Origin: Candidatus Tayloriibacteriota bacterium
Lineage (GTDB): Bacteria; Patescibacteriota; Minisyncoccia; Phycocordibacterales; UBA6065
Assembly: GCA_016215405.1 (NCBI GenBank)
Contig: JACRJQ010000007.1
Span: 143 to 64,142 of the forward strand
Reading direction: 5' to 3'
Length of the DNA stretch: 64,000 bases
Position numbers and translations under genes: made by a program. Below, one piece after another: positions 1-11,498 of the stretch; the stretch's first letter is position 1, and each line of letters opens with the position of its first letter. Below the pieces are notes generated by a model, which searched no databases, was not told the DNA's origin, and worked only from the letters and a program-made list of their open reading frames with translations.

Positions 1-549
1 TGGTTTGGCGATGCGGCTGCCTCAAATATTCTTCATCCTGATGCGATGACGCTCGCCACCTCAACACCCGATGGGAAACCTTCGGCAAGAGTCGTGCTCC
101 TGAAGGAAGTTAATGAGCAGGGATTTTTCTTCTACACGAACTACGAGAGCAGAAAGGGGAAAGATCTGGAGCGTAACCCATATGCGGCATTGGTCTTCTA
201 CTGGGCGGAATTTGAGCGACAGGTGCGCATTGAGGGAACAGTCATTCGCACGACTCCGGAAGAATCGAACCAGTACTTCCAGACACGGCCGCGCGATAGC
301 CAGATCGGCGCGCTGGCGTCACCACAGAGCGACGTCGTGACGGATCGCGCAGAACTTGAGCGGCGGGTGATGGAGATCGAGCGGAAATATCATAATCTCA
401 CAATCCCGCTGCCGCCGAATTGGGGAGGCTTCCGCGTGAAGCCTGAACGGATAGAATTTTGGAAAGGAAGACCAAGCAGACTTCACGACCGCCTTCTCTA
501 CGAACGTCAGCCTGACGGACGCTGGATCATCAAACGCCTTGCACCGTAA
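1..549 (+). CDS. pdxH: Pyridoxamine 5'-phosphate oxidase (5'-partial)
   Basis: Frame is open from base 1; motifs ARVVLLK, FYTNYESRKG, RQVRIEG, WGGFRV, EFWKGRPSRLHDR. Confidence 0.95.
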   Translation, partial: WFGDAAASNILHPDAMTLATSTPDGKPSARVVLLKEVNEQGFFFYTNYESRKGKDLERNPYAALVFYWAEFERQVRIEGTVIRTTPEESNQYFQTRPRDSQIGALASPQSDVVTDRAELERRVMEIERKYHNLTIPLPPNWGGFRVKPERIEFWKGRPSRLHDRLLYERQPDGRWIIKRLAP

Positions 550-600
550 GGCTTATCCGCGGTTTGAAATGTTTTTCACCGCGGAGACGCAGAGGAAATC

Positions 601-738
601 TTACTTCACCAGCATCTCACGCTCTTTCAGCGCTTTCGCAATCCTCTTCAACGCCTCTTCGATGTTCGGGATTGAGTTCGCGTACGAGAACCGCAAGTAT
701 CCTTCACCGTACCGACCGAAGGCTGTCCCGGAGAGACT
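601..738 (-). pseudogene. C-terminal fragment of a class I/II PLP-dependent aminotransferase
   Basis: Minus strand reads LSGTAFGRYGEGYLRFSYANSIPNIEEALKRIAKALKEREMLVK*; the upstream frame loses similarity and hits TAA near 800. Confidence 0.75.
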
Positions 739-746
739 TAGGCCGA

Positions 747-774
747 AGCGGCGCTCGGGTAAGCGAGCGCCGCT
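747..774. terminator. GC-rich hairpin, possibly the lemA terminator
   Basis: agcggcgctcg-ggtaag-cgagcgccgct, 11-bp perfect stem. Confidence 0.5.
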
Positions 775-882
775 ACAAAGAATCCCAGAACCGCTGTTTT
801 ATTGGTCTTCATCTTTTATCTTGACGCCGCCCGAGACGGCCCGCAAGGGGGGGGCGGATGCGCGCTCTAAATGCGAACCGGC

Positions 883-1443
883 CTAGAATTCTACCTTCGG
901 AGCCTCCGCCGCCTGGTCTACCGACTGGAAGTACTCCTTGGCGTCGAACCCGAACGTCGATGCGACGAGCTTCGATGGGAATCTAGAGACCTTAAGGTTA
1001 TAAGACCTCACCTCGTCGTTGAACCTGCCGCGCTCGGTCGCGATGCGATTCTCGGTGCCCTCTATCTGAGCCTGGAGAGCCTGGACGTTCTGAGCGGACT
1101 GCAGCTGCGGATAGTTCTCCATGACGACGAGAAGCCTCGCAAGGCCTGTCTCGAGGTCGGACGCGGCGCGGACCTTCTCGTCCGTGCTGCCGGCGCCCGC
1201 ATATCTGGTCCTCGCGTCCGCGATCATGCCGAAGACCTCCTGCTCCTGCGCCATGATGCCTTTTACGGCCTCTACGAGGTTAGGGATGAGGTCGAAGCGC
1301 CTCTGATATTGGGTCTCCACCTGGGCCCACTGGGCGTCGACGGAGGTGTTCGCCGTCACGAGACCGTTGTAGGTAAGGCCGACGTATCCGAGCACGATAA
1401 CGACTACCGCGATGATGATTATGGTTGATTTCTTCATAGGCAT
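883..1443 (-). CDS. lemA: LemA family protein
   Basis: N-terminal TM, YNGLV, YQRRFDLIPNLV, ENYPQL, TENRIA. Confidence 0.95.
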   Translation of the reverse strand: MPMKKSTIIIIAVVVIVLGYVGLTYNGLVTANTSVDAQWAQVETQYQRRFDLIPNLVEAVKGIMAQEQEVFGMIADARTRYAGAGSTDEKVRAASDLETGLARLLVVMENYPQLQSAQNVQALQAQIEGTENRIATERGRFNDEVRSYNLKVSRFPSKLVASTFGFDAKEYFQSVDQAAEAPKVEF

Positions 1444-1453
1444 TAATTATCTC

Positions 1454-2092
1454 CTAAATGGAGCGGAATACAAGAAGGGACAGCAGCGCGAAGACGACCG
1501 CGAGATAGAGGGTGTAGGTCGCGGCGACGAGGAGCGCGGGGATGCCGAAAAGGATATGGAAAAGAAGGAATATGATACCTACGCATTGCAGTATCATCTT
1601 GGTCTTCCCCATCGTCTTGGCCGGCACTACCCGGCCCTTATACCTATGATACGCGGACGCAACGAGGAGGATCTCGAGGATGATGATGGCCAGGGCGAGC
1701 TCGAGGCTTATATACTTCGTTATGACTATCGTCGCTACGGTGCCGATAAGGAGCTTGTCCGCGATCGGGTCGTAAAGCGTGCCCCAAGTGCTTATCTTGT
1801 GCCCCGTCCTCGCTAAGGCGCCGTCGAGGGCGTCGGAGAAGGCCGAAAAGAGGAAAAGTATCGTGCCTATGAGGTAGTAGTCGAGGGCGAGGAGAAGCGC
1901 GATGAAGGGTATAGAGAGGAGTCGGAACTTCGTTATCTGGTTCGGCGTGACGTGCGCGGGCAAAAGGGGCAGGAACGCCTTTTTAAGGAAGCGGTCGATG
2001 GGCGTTACGCGCGTAAGGTACGTCACCTTCGCCTCCGGCACGTCGAGGAACCGGTCGAGGAACGTCAGTATTGGATTTTGGGAGCCGTTCAT
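1454..2092 (-). CDS. CDP-alcohol phosphatidyltransferase (PgsA-like)
   Basis: PNQIT, DALDGALAR...G...DPIADK signature, multiple TMs. Confidence 0.92.
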   Translation of the reverse strand: MNGSQNPILTFLDRFLDVPEAKVTYLTRVTPIDRFLKKAFLPLLPAHVTPNQITKFRLLSIPFIALLLALDYYLIGTILFLFSAFSDALDGALARTGHKISTWGTLYDPIADKLLIGTVATIVITKYISLELALAIIILEILLVASAYHRYKGRVVPAKTMGKTKMILQCVGIIFLLFHILFGIPALLVAATYTLYLAVVFALLSLLVFRSI

Positions 2093-2151
2093 ATGAGAGA
2101 GCGCCTGAAGCCCTGGCAGGGCGCGCTAGGATTAAAATTCTAACAAACAAT

Positions 2152-2179
2152 GAAGCCCCGCGCTATGAACGGGGGCTTC
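2152..2179 (-). terminator. Intrinsic terminator
   Basis: gaagcccc...ggggcttc stem with a T-rich tail on the minus strand. Confidence 0.6.
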
Positions 2180-2200
2180 GCAACATGAGAGGCTTTCGGT

Positions 2201-2554
2201 TCACGTTCTCGGGCCTCTTTTCCCGAGGATGACGTCGTAATCGACGCCCGTGATGCGGAAATCTGTCGTTTTGAACGTCTTCCAGGCGAGCCATGCGGCG
2301 GCCGAGAAAACGGCAAGGGTCTCGAGGATGCAGATCCACCAGGCGTGGTTCGAAGCGATCCGAACCGTATACATCCCTGCCGCGGCGATGAGGCCGAGGA
2401 CGAGGACCGCCCAGAGCCCGACGAGCGTGAACGAGGAGGCGTTCTTGCAGTCGGGGGTATGGATCATGTAGCCGATCTCGCCGAAAATGGCGAAGGCGAC
2501 CGCGACGAGACAGATGAGCGTGCAGATTCCGCCGACGATGAGCGCTGTGATCAT
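2201..2554 (-). CDS. Hypothetical membrane protein (3 TM)
   Basis: Three hydrophobic segments; own TTGCGT-17-TATAAC promoter and terminator. Confidence 0.7.
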   Translation of the reverse strand: MITALIVGGICTLICLVAVAFAIFGEIGYMIHTPDCKNASSFTLVGLWAVLVLGLIAAAGMYTVRIASNHAWWICILETLAVFSAAAWLAWKTFKTTDFRITGVDYDVILGKRGPRT

Positions 2555-2686
2555 GAGTGCGGGAGCTTTGGGGTTTCAGTGCGGGGTTTAATGAGTTATA
2601 TCAGACTTGACATGTGAACGCAAGCTATGGTGTGGAAAACAAAAGCCCGCTGTTTCAAGCGGGCTCGCGGGAAAGGTCGGGGCGGC

Positions 2687-2908
2687 TTACGTATGAGCGG
2701 GCTCGGGCTCCCACAGGGGGAAATCGGCCCTTTTCGAGAAAAGCCCTCCCAGATCGACGAAGCCCTTGATCTCCCAGAGATAGCCGTTCGCATCGAAGGC
2801 CAGAGTCTCATCCATGAGGTGGATGAAACTGAGCGCGAATCCAGGCTTTCTCGGGACATCGACGAGGGGGCAGGCGTCGTGGTCTATGAGGAGTTGCGTA
2901 GGGTTCAT
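2687..2908 (-). CDS. Hypothetical protein
   Basis: 73-aa ATG ORF between the groL terminator and a hairpin at ~2641-2665. Confidence 0.55.
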   Translation of the reverse strand: MNPTQLLIDHDACPLVDVPRKPGFALSFIHLMDETLAFDANGYLWEIKGFVDLGGLFSKRADFPLWEPEPAHT

Positions 2909-3006
2909 GTGCTTCCAGATTAGTATGCTCCTCTCGGTCGTGAATGCAAGAACGCCGGCAGCACACTGCCGGCGTTCTCTTTTCTTCGCTTTCCCGAAGA
3001 TGCGCT

Positions 3007-4954
<1,948 letters not shown>

Positions 4955-5168
4955 GTCTTAAAAAAGATTTAACCGATTAATAGGCGCCCGCCGGATCCGC
5001 GAGAAAGGCTCACGAGCCGAAGCGGACGGGCCGCGATGCGGCGTGAAGCTATTATAGGAGATGGCGAGGGCGCCTCAACTTGACTATTGCCTTTAGATTA
5101 TGTAGAGTTGGATTCGAAACTCACCTTCGGGCCGCAAAGCCCGATCAACCGCAACCCTCGATCCTGTC

Positions 5169-5486
5169 ATGATGAACATTGGATTCCACCGCAACGGACT
5201 TCCCCACCGACTGCTCGTCTGCACCGACAAGGTGCTGACTCCCGATCTGGACATCCTCCGGAACCGTCTCGTCCTCCTCCCGGAAGTCGAGCGCGTCGAT
5301 CACGCCAAGAGCGCGCCGAAGCAAGTCGTCCTCGAGCTCTCCTGGGCGCCGTCCACCGACGAGCTCTCCCGCCTCAAGCCCAAGATCGTCGACGAGTTCG
5401 AGCACTTCTTCCGCGAGAAGGCCGTCGTGGTCCCCTACGACGAGATCTGCGAGGACGAATCCCTCGTCGGCACCCGGGAAGAGTAA
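5169..5486 (+). CDS. Hypothetical protein
   Basis: 105-aa ORF with TTGACT-17-TAGAGT promoter at 5080 and a hairpin plus T-run at ~5502-5545. Confidence 0.7.
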   Translation: MMNIGFHRNGLPHRLLVCTDKVLTPDLDILRNRLVLLPEVERVDHAKSAPKQVVLELSWAPSTDELSRLKPKIVDEFEHFFREKAVVVPYDEICEDESLVGTREE

Positions 5487-5581
5487 GCCTCTTCCCGCGC
5501 GAAACGCCGCCGGCCCGATACAATCGGGTCGGCGTTTTGTTTTATTTGCGCGTCCGGACGGGCCATGATAAGGTATCTGTC

Positions 5582-5815
5582 ATGAGCATGATTTCTAGCG
5601 TATTACCGTATATACAGATAGCGGTCGCTGTCCTCCTTATAGTGTCGGTCCTCCTCCAGAATTCAGGCGCCCAGAACGGCGGAGCCTTGGGAGGCGGAGA
5701 CAATATGAGCTCGGTATTCCACACGCGCCGCGGCCTCGAGAAGGTCCTCTTTACCGCCACGATCGTATTCGGCGTGCTTTTCGCTCTGACGTCATTCCTC
5801 TCGCTCGTCCGATAA
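5582..5815 (+). CDS. secG: Preprotein translocase subunit SecG
   Basis: LLIVSVLLQ...GGALGGG...HTRRGLEKVLF, 2 TMs; start taken at internal ATG 5582 (or 5588). Confidence 0.93.
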   Translation: MSMISSVLPYIQIAVAVLLIVSVLLQNSGAQNGGALGGGDNMSSVFHTRRGLEKVLFTATIVFGVLFALTSFLSLVR

Positions 5816-5861
5816 GGCGAGCCCATATCACGTAGATAACGGCTATTCGGCAGTCATATAT

Positions 5862-7631
5862 ATGCAACCAAGAACCTTTTGGCGCTATCTCGCGCAAGAG
5901 CGTAAGGCCCCAGGCATCGACAAGGCGGAATCGGTCCTCCGTTCCTTCTCTATAACGGAAAAGGCGATATTCGCGGCTCTCGCGGCGATATTCGCCGTAT
6001 CTGCTCTCCTTCTCGTGGCGAAGGTGAGCGCGAGCTTTACCGTTGGCGTCCCTGAGCGCGGAGGAGAGCTCATCGAGGGTATCGCGGGCACGCCGAGGTT
6101 CATAAACCCCCTCCTCGCGATATCGGATGCCGACCGCGACCTCACCGCCCTCGTCTACTCTGGGCTTCTCAAGGCGACCCCCGCCGGAACCTTCGTTCCC
6201 GACCTCGCAGAAGAGTTCACCGTCTCTCCTGACGGGCTCGTCTATTCTTTTACGATCAAAGAAGGCGCGAAATTCCACGACGACACGCCTGTCACCGCCG
6301 AAGACGTGAAATTCACCGTAGAGAAGGCAAAGGATTCCGCGCTTAAAAGCCCCCGCCGAGTGAACTGGGAAGGCGTCGCCGTGGAGACCGAGGGCGCCAG
6401 GAACGTGACCTTCACCCTCAAGCAGCCGTATGCTCCGTTCGTATCGAACCTGGCCATGGGCATCATGCCGAAGCACCTCTGGGAGAACCTTTCTGCGGAC
6501 CAGATGCCCTTCAGCTCCCTCAACATCGACCCTGTCGGTTCGGGCCCGTACCGCATATCGGCAGTCGAGAGGTCGCGCGACGGCATACCCCACTCCATTA
6601 CCCTCCGCGCGAACCGGGACTATGCTTTAGGCGAGCCGTATATAACCACACTCCGCTTCGCGTTCTATGGGAGCGAGAAATCCCTCGTAGAGGCGCTTTC
6701 GAATGGCTCTGTCGAGAGCGCGTCGAACCTCTCCCCCGCCTCCGCTAAGGCGATCGAGGGCAAGGCGGAGATCCTTTCCGCCCCTCTGACCCGCGTGTTC
6801 GGGATCTTCTTCAATCAGAACGAGAACGAGCTTCTCGCCCACAAGGAAGTGAGGAAAGCCCTCGCCGAATCGGTAGACAAGGCTTCGATAGTAGAGGACG
6901 TGCTCCTCGGATTCGGCACCGTGGCCGACGGACCCCTCCCTCCGACCATAGCGAAGGAGGCCGCGGCGTCTGCGGCGTCGACCTCGACCCCAGGGCTCTC
7001 GGCGTTCCTTAAGGCCGGCTGGAAAAAGAGCCCTGAGGGCGTCTACGAGCAAAAAGGAAAGGCGAAGGGCGCAGCATCGACGACCCTTTCCCTCTCCCTC
7101 GCCACGGCGAACGTGCCGGACCTCGTCGAGAGCGCGAGGGTGATCGAAGAGGATTGGAAGAGTTTCGGCGCCAAAGTCGACGTACGCGTCTTCGAGCCGT
7201 CAGATCTCAACCAAGGCGTCATCAGACCGCGCAAGTACGACGCCCTCCTCTTCGGCATCGTCATCGGCAAGAATTCAGACCTCTATCCGTTCTGGCACTC
7301 CTCCCAGCGCAACGATCCCGGCCTCAACATCGCTATGTATACGAACGCCAAGGCGGATAGATACCTCGAAAGGATGCGCCAGGCCACCTCGACCGACGCG
7401 AGACAGTCGCTCTACTCGGATTTCAAGAAAGAGGTAGATGCCGACACTCCGGCGATATTCCTCTGGAGCCCTGATTTCATATACGCGGCCCCAAAGAAGC
7501 TCCGAGGCGTAGAGCTCGGCGAGATAACTGTCTCGTCGGACAGGTTCGCCGGCATAGAGGACTGGTATATAGAATCGGACCGCGTCTGGCACGCCTTCGC
7601 CGAAGGAAGAGACAGGATCGAGGAGAAATAG
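5862..7631 (+). CDS. Family 5 (peptide/nickel) ABC substrate-binding protein, membrane-anchored
   Basis: PRFINPLL, PDLAE, FHDDTPVTAEDVKFT, PVGSGPY, FWHSSQ. Confidence 0.92.
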   Translation: MQPRTFWRYLAQERKAPGIDKAESVLRSFSITEKAIFAALAAIFAVSALLLVAKVSASFTVGVPERGGELIEGIAGTPRFINPLLAISDADRDLTALVYSGLLKATPAGTFVPDLAEEFTVSPDGLVYSFTIKEGAKFHDDTPVTAEDVKFTVEKAKDSALKSPRRVNWEGVAVETEGARNVTFTLKQPYAPFVSNLAMGIMPKHLWENLSADQMPFSSLNIDPVGSGPYRISAVERSRDGIPHSITLRANRDYALGEPYITTLRFAFYGSEKSLVEALSNGSVESASNLSPASAKAIEGKAEILSAPLTRVFGIFFNQNENELLAHKEVRKALAESVDKASIVEDVLLGFGTVADGPLPPTIAKEAAASAASTSTPGLSAFLKAGWKKSPEGVYEQKGKAKGAASTTLSLSLATANVPDLVESARVIEEDWKSFGAKVDVRVFEPSDLNQGVIRPRKYDALLFGIVIGKNSDLYPFWHSSQRNDPGLNIAMYTNAKADRYLERMRQATSTDARQSLYSDFKKEVDADTPAIFLWSPDFIYAAPKKLRGVELGEITVSSDRFAGIEDWYIESDRVWHAFAEGRDRIEEK

Positions 7632-7702
7632 CGATACCGAGGTCCGGCCGAAAGGCTCTGGGCTCTAGGAGAGAACCTCTTGCCTAGACCCTAGCGCCTA
7701 AA

Positions 7703-7703
7703 G
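7703..7703. repeat. Marker for a short heptamer repeat tract spanning ~7654-7710
   Basis: cctagac cctagcg cctaaag cctagcc at 7683-7710, preceded by the roughly complementary aggctct gggctct agg. Confidence 0.4.
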
Positions 7704-7744
7704 CCTAGCCTCTATAAAGAAGATTAAGAAAGCTTAAAGAACAC

Positions 7745-9688
7745 ATGGAACAAGACAACAAACCGAAGACAGCAGGGATGCAGGACGCTCGACCGGGCGG
7801 CCCTCGCAGGCACGGAAGGCCGTTTCGAGGCAACAGGCCTCACGGCGCAGGACGCCCTCAAGGACCATCGTCAAGCGGCATGGGCGCAGGGCGCGGCAAA
7901 CGCATGATGCGCGGCGGCAGGAACCGCCCTCCTCGACGATTCTCGCCCTCAGGCGGCCCACAGCAGAGGCAGGCCCCGTCGAACCCCGAATACAAGAGCC
8001 AGACGCTCAACCTCCCTCCAGCCGGAGAGAACATCCGCATAATCCCTCTCGGCGGAGTCGAAGAGGTCGGAAAGAACATGACCGCGATAGAATTCCGCGA
8101 CGATATCATCGTCATCGACGCAGGCTTCCAATTCAAGGACGAAGCGACCCCAGGCATCGACTACATCCTCCCGAACACGAGGTACCTCGAGGAGAGGAAG
8201 GAGAAGATACGCGCGCTCTTCATCACCCACGGCCACCTCGACCATATCGGCGGCATCCCTTACGTGATCGACCGCATCGGCTACCCTACCGTCTACACGA
8301 GGCAGTTCGGCGCGATCATGATCCAAAAGCGCCAGGAGGAGTTCCCTCACCTCAAGCCCCTCGACGTAAAGGTCATCGCCGGAAACGAGACGATAACCTG
8401 CGGCTCGCTCAAGGTGAAGACCTTCCCCATCTCGCATACCATTCCCGACTCGATGGGCCTCGTCATCACCACCCCTTACGGAGACATCGTCTTCATCGAG
8501 GACGTGCGCGTCGACAACATAAAGGGCGTGCCGACCGAGGAGGAGGTCCGCCAGTACGAGCAGTTCAAGGGCAAAGAATACCTTCTCCTTACCATGGACT
8601 CGACTTCGATCGAGAAGCCGGGCTTCTCGCTCTCGGAATCCGTCGTCATCGAGAACATCGAGAGATTCATAAAGAACACCACGGGCAGGCTCATCATCGG
8701 CACGTTCGCGTCCCAAGTAGAGCGAATCATAGCCATAATCAAGGCGGCCGACAGGTACCACAAGAAAGTGGTCGTCGAAGGTCGCTCGATGAAGGCGAAC
8801 GTCGAGATCATAAAGCTCCTCAAGCTCGCCGAGATAACGAACATCATCCCCGTCGAGGATATCGACAAGTATCCTCCTGACAGGATCGTCATGCTCGTCA
8901 CCGGTGCGCAAGGCGAGGAGTTCGCGGCGCTCATGCGTATGGCGACGAAGCAGCACAAGCAGGTCCAGCTCAAAAAGACCGATACCGTGCTCCTCTCTTC
9001 CTCCATCATCCCCACGAACCACAGCGCGGTCGTGAAGCTCAAGGATAACCTCTACCGCTCCGAAGCGAAGGTCATCACGTATCTCGACTCCGATATCCAC
9101 GCGTCGGGCCACGGCAACCGAGACGAGCTCAAGTGGATCCACGAGCAGATAAAATATCGCTTCTTCATGCCGCTCCACGGCAACCACTACATGCTCCGCC
9201 AGCATGCCGAGATGGCAAACTCTATCGGCACGCCGAAAGAGAACATCATCGTCCCTGACAACGGCTCGATCGTAGAGATCTACGACCAGGGCAAATCGAT
9301 CCGCGTCCTCAAAGAGAAGGCCGCATCGAACCTGGTCCTCGTCGACGGGTTCGCCGTAGGAGACGTCCAGGAGGTCGTCATCCGCGACCGCCAGCTCCTC
9401 TCTCAAGACGGCATGTTCATCGTCTTCGCGATAATCGACTCGCAGACCGGCCGCTTGAGGAAGTCTCCGGACATAATCTCGAGAGGGTTCGTGTACCTCC
9501 GAGAGTCACAGGACCTCCTCCGAGACACGAGGAACATAATCAAAGACACGATCGAGAACACGGCGAACGGGATGAACCCCCTCAACATAGAGATGATAAA
9601 GGCGAACGTCACCGACGCGGTCTCGCGGCACCTCTTCCAAGAGACCGCCAAGCGCCCGGTCGTGATCCCTGTCCTCCTCACCATATAA
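7745..9688 (+). CDS. rnj: Ribonuclease J with a low-complexity N-terminal extension
   Basis: IIPLGGVEEVGKNM, THGHLDHIG, TFAS, TGAQGE, HASGH, PLHG, SRGFVY. Confidence 0.97.
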   Translation: MEQDNKPKTAGMQDARPGGPRRHGRPFRGNRPHGAGRPQGPSSSGMGAGRGKRMMRGGRNRPPRRFSPSGGPQQRQAPSNPEYKSQTLNLPPAGENIRIIPLGGVEEVGKNMTAIEFRDDIIVIDAGFQFKDEATPGIDYILPNTRYLEERKEKIRALFITHGHLDHIGGIPYVIDRIGYPTVYTRQFGAIMIQKRQEEFPHLKPLDVKVIAGNETITCGSLKVKTFPISHTIPDSMGLVITTPYGDIVFIEDVRVDNIKGVPTEEEVRQYEQFKGKEYLLLTMDSTSIEKPGFSLSESVVIENIERFIKNTTGRLIIGTFASQVERIIAIIKAADRYHKKVVVEGRSMKANVEIIKLLKLAEITNIIPVEDIDKYPPDRIVMLVTGAQGEEFAALMRMATKQHKQVQLKKTDTVLLSSSIIPTNHSAVVKLKDNLYRSEAKVITYLDSDIHASGHGNRDELKWIHEQIKYRFFMPLHGNHYMLRQHAEMANSIGTPKENIIVPDNGSIVEIYDQGKSIRVLKEKAASNLVLVDGFAVGDVQEVVIRDRQLLSQDGMFIVFAIIDSQTGRLRKSPDIISRGFVYLRESQDLLRDTRNIIKDTIENTANGMNPLNIEMIKANVTDAVSRHLFQETAKRPVVIPVLLTI

Positions 9689-9693
9689 GACCG

Positions 9694-9720
9694 AAAAGCC
9701 GTCTCTCCGAGGCGGCTTTT
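9694..9720 (+). terminator. Intrinsic terminator of rnj
   Basis: aaaagccgtctc-tcc-gaggcggctttt. Confidence 0.8.
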
Positions 9721-9771
9721 CTTTGACAAAAGACGGAAGAAGAGTAGTGTGGACTCGAACCCTCAACAGCC

Positions 9772-9933
9772 ATGAAATTATTCAGACTGTTCGGCAAAAA
9801 GGAGGAGCTCGGTCCCGAAGAAGAGCTCCGCCAGGTCGAGTTCAAGCTCCGGCACAGCTACAACGTCGACCGGGCCAAGCTCGAAACGAGAAAGATCGAG
9901 CTCGAAAAGCTCCTCCTCAAAAAGCCGAATTGA
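9772..9933 (+). CDS. Small hypothetical protein (53 aa, not in the ORF track)
   Basis: MKLFRLFGKKEELGPEEELRQVEFKLRHSYNVDRAKLETRKIELEKLLLKKPN; TTGACA-16-TAGTGT at 9723-9750; hairpin plus T8 at ~9952-9987. Confidence 0.7.
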   Translation: MKLFRLFGKKEELGPEEELRQVEFKLRHSYNVDRAKLETRKIELEKLLLKKPN

Positions 9934-10026
9934 TCGGATCCACGCCGTTACGTCGCCGCGACAACCCCTGTCCGGCGATTTTTTTTCGGCCAAAAGCCCC
10001 GTCTCCGGTCTGATATAATCTTTCCT

Positions 10027-11193
10027 ATGCCAGAAGAGATAACGCTTTCCAGGAAACGCCGGCTCATGTACGCCATCGGCTTCGTATTCAACCTGAGCTA
10101 TGCGATACCGACCTATGTGAGCTCGACGTTCCTCGCGAGCTTCGCCGGAGACAAGCTCGTGGGCATCGTCTATACCGCTTCGTCGATACTCGCCATCGCC
10201 GCCTTCATAGAGATGCCGGGGCTCTTGCGCAAGATAGGCAACTTCAGGGCGACGATGGGGCTTCTCTTCATCTCCATCCTTTCGCTCGCCGGCCTCGCGG
10301 TAAGCAAGGGCGCGCTCGCCGTCATAGCGGCCTTTATACTCAATTTCGTCTCGATCGCCCTCCTCAACTACTCCTTCGACATCTTCCTCGAGAATTTCTC
10401 GACCAACTCTAAGACCGGCAGGATCAGAGGCTCCTTCCTCACGTTCGCGAACCTCGCGTGGCTCGTCTCCCCTCTCCTCGCCTCGAGGATCTTGGGAGAC
10501 GGCCTCTACCAGAATCTCTACGCCGCCGCAGGACTGCTCCTCATACCTGTGATGGGCCTCGTATTCTTCGGCCTCGGGCCCATAAAGGAGCCCGACTACA
10601 AACGGACCCCGTTCTGGAAGTCCCTCGGCGAGATATGGCTCGACCGCGACATAAAGGGGATCCTCCTTATCCAGTTCCTCCTGCAATTCTTCTACGCCTG
10701 GATGGTGATCTACATGCCCATCTATCTGCACGAGACGATAGGCTTCGGCTGGCCCGCGATAGGGATAATATTCACGGTGATGCTCTTGCCGTTCGTGCTC
10801 ATCGAGCTCCCGCTCGGCTACCTCGCCGACAAGAAGCTCGGCGAAAAGGAGCTCCTCACGGCCGGGTTCGGGATCATGGCGGTGACGACCGCCCTTACCG
10901 CTTTCGTGACCGGTCAGAACATGTGGGTATGGGCGGCCATATTGTTCATGACGCGAGTCGGCGCCGCGACCGTCGAAGTGATGGCCGACACCTATTTTTT
11001 CAAGAAGATAGACGCGTCGAAGACGCATATCATAAGCTTCTCCCGAATGTCGCGGCCTCTCGCCTATATCATAAGCCCGGTCATCGCGACCATACTCTTC
11101 CTCGCGTTCGATATGAAGGGCCTCTTCATATTCCTCGGCTTCCTCATGCTCTACGGGCTCCGCTACACCCTCGCCCTCAAAGACACCGCCTAG
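10027..11193 (+). CDS. MFS transporter
   Basis: About 12 TMs, GYLADKKLGEK motif-A-like loop; extended -10 7 nt upstream. Confidence 0.9.
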   Translation: MPEEITLSRKRRLMYAIGFVFNLSYAIPTYVSSTFLASFAGDKLVGIVYTASSILAIAAFIEMPGLLRKIGNFRATMGLLFISILSLAGLAVSKGALAVIAAFILNFVSIALLNYSFDIFLENFSTNSKTGRIRGSFLTFANLAWLVSPLLASRILGDGLYQNLYAAAGLLLIPVMGLVFFGLGPIKEPDYKRTPFWKSLGEIWLDRDIKGILLIQFLLQFFYAWMVIYMPIYLHETIGFGWPAIGIIFTVMLLPFVLIELPLGYLADKKLGEKELLTAGFGIMAVTTALTAFVTGQNMWVWAAILFMTRVGAATVEVMADTYFFKKIDASKTHIISFSRMSRPLAYIISPVIATILFLAFDMKGLFIFLGFLMLYGLRYTLALKDTA

Positions 11194-11480
11194 ACCTCTC
11201 TCTTGTACATGCCTCCTGCGGGCTCCTTGCCCGACAGATTGTCTTTCGCCTCGAATATGCGCTCGAGGTATTTGCGCATCTTCGCCCTGTCTTCCTCGGA
11301 AAGCTCGTCGGGAGAATAGACCCTGACGAGCTTCCTTAGAAACATGCCTAAAAGCATATTGAGATAGTTCGCCTGTATGCTCTCCGTCCCAGGCGGCTCG
11401 TCCCTCAGGACCATTCCGCAAAAGAACGGCGACGCGACCCGATCCGAAACGAGATGATATCTGCTCATATCCTTGGTCAT
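11190..11480 (-). CDS. Hypothetical protein
   Basis: 96-aa ATG ORF directly after radC. Confidence 0.55.
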   Translation of the reverse strand: MTKDMSRYHLVSDRVASPFFCGMVLRDEPPGTESIQANYLNMLLGMFLRKLVRVYSPDELSEEDRAKMRKYLERIFEAKDNLSGKEPAGGMYKREV

Positions 11481-11498
11481 TATTGTTATAGCCGGCTC

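Noticed and set aside
5087-5581. Long N-terminal extension of SecG
   Set aside because: It crosses a separate ORF and its terminator; SecG similarity starts at 5582/5588.
9778-11421. Long antisense ORFs (also 2944..4215, 7949..9406, 46310..47758, 42991..44094)
   Set aside because: They lie opposite well-identified genes, carry no motifs, and are expected shadow frames at high GC3.
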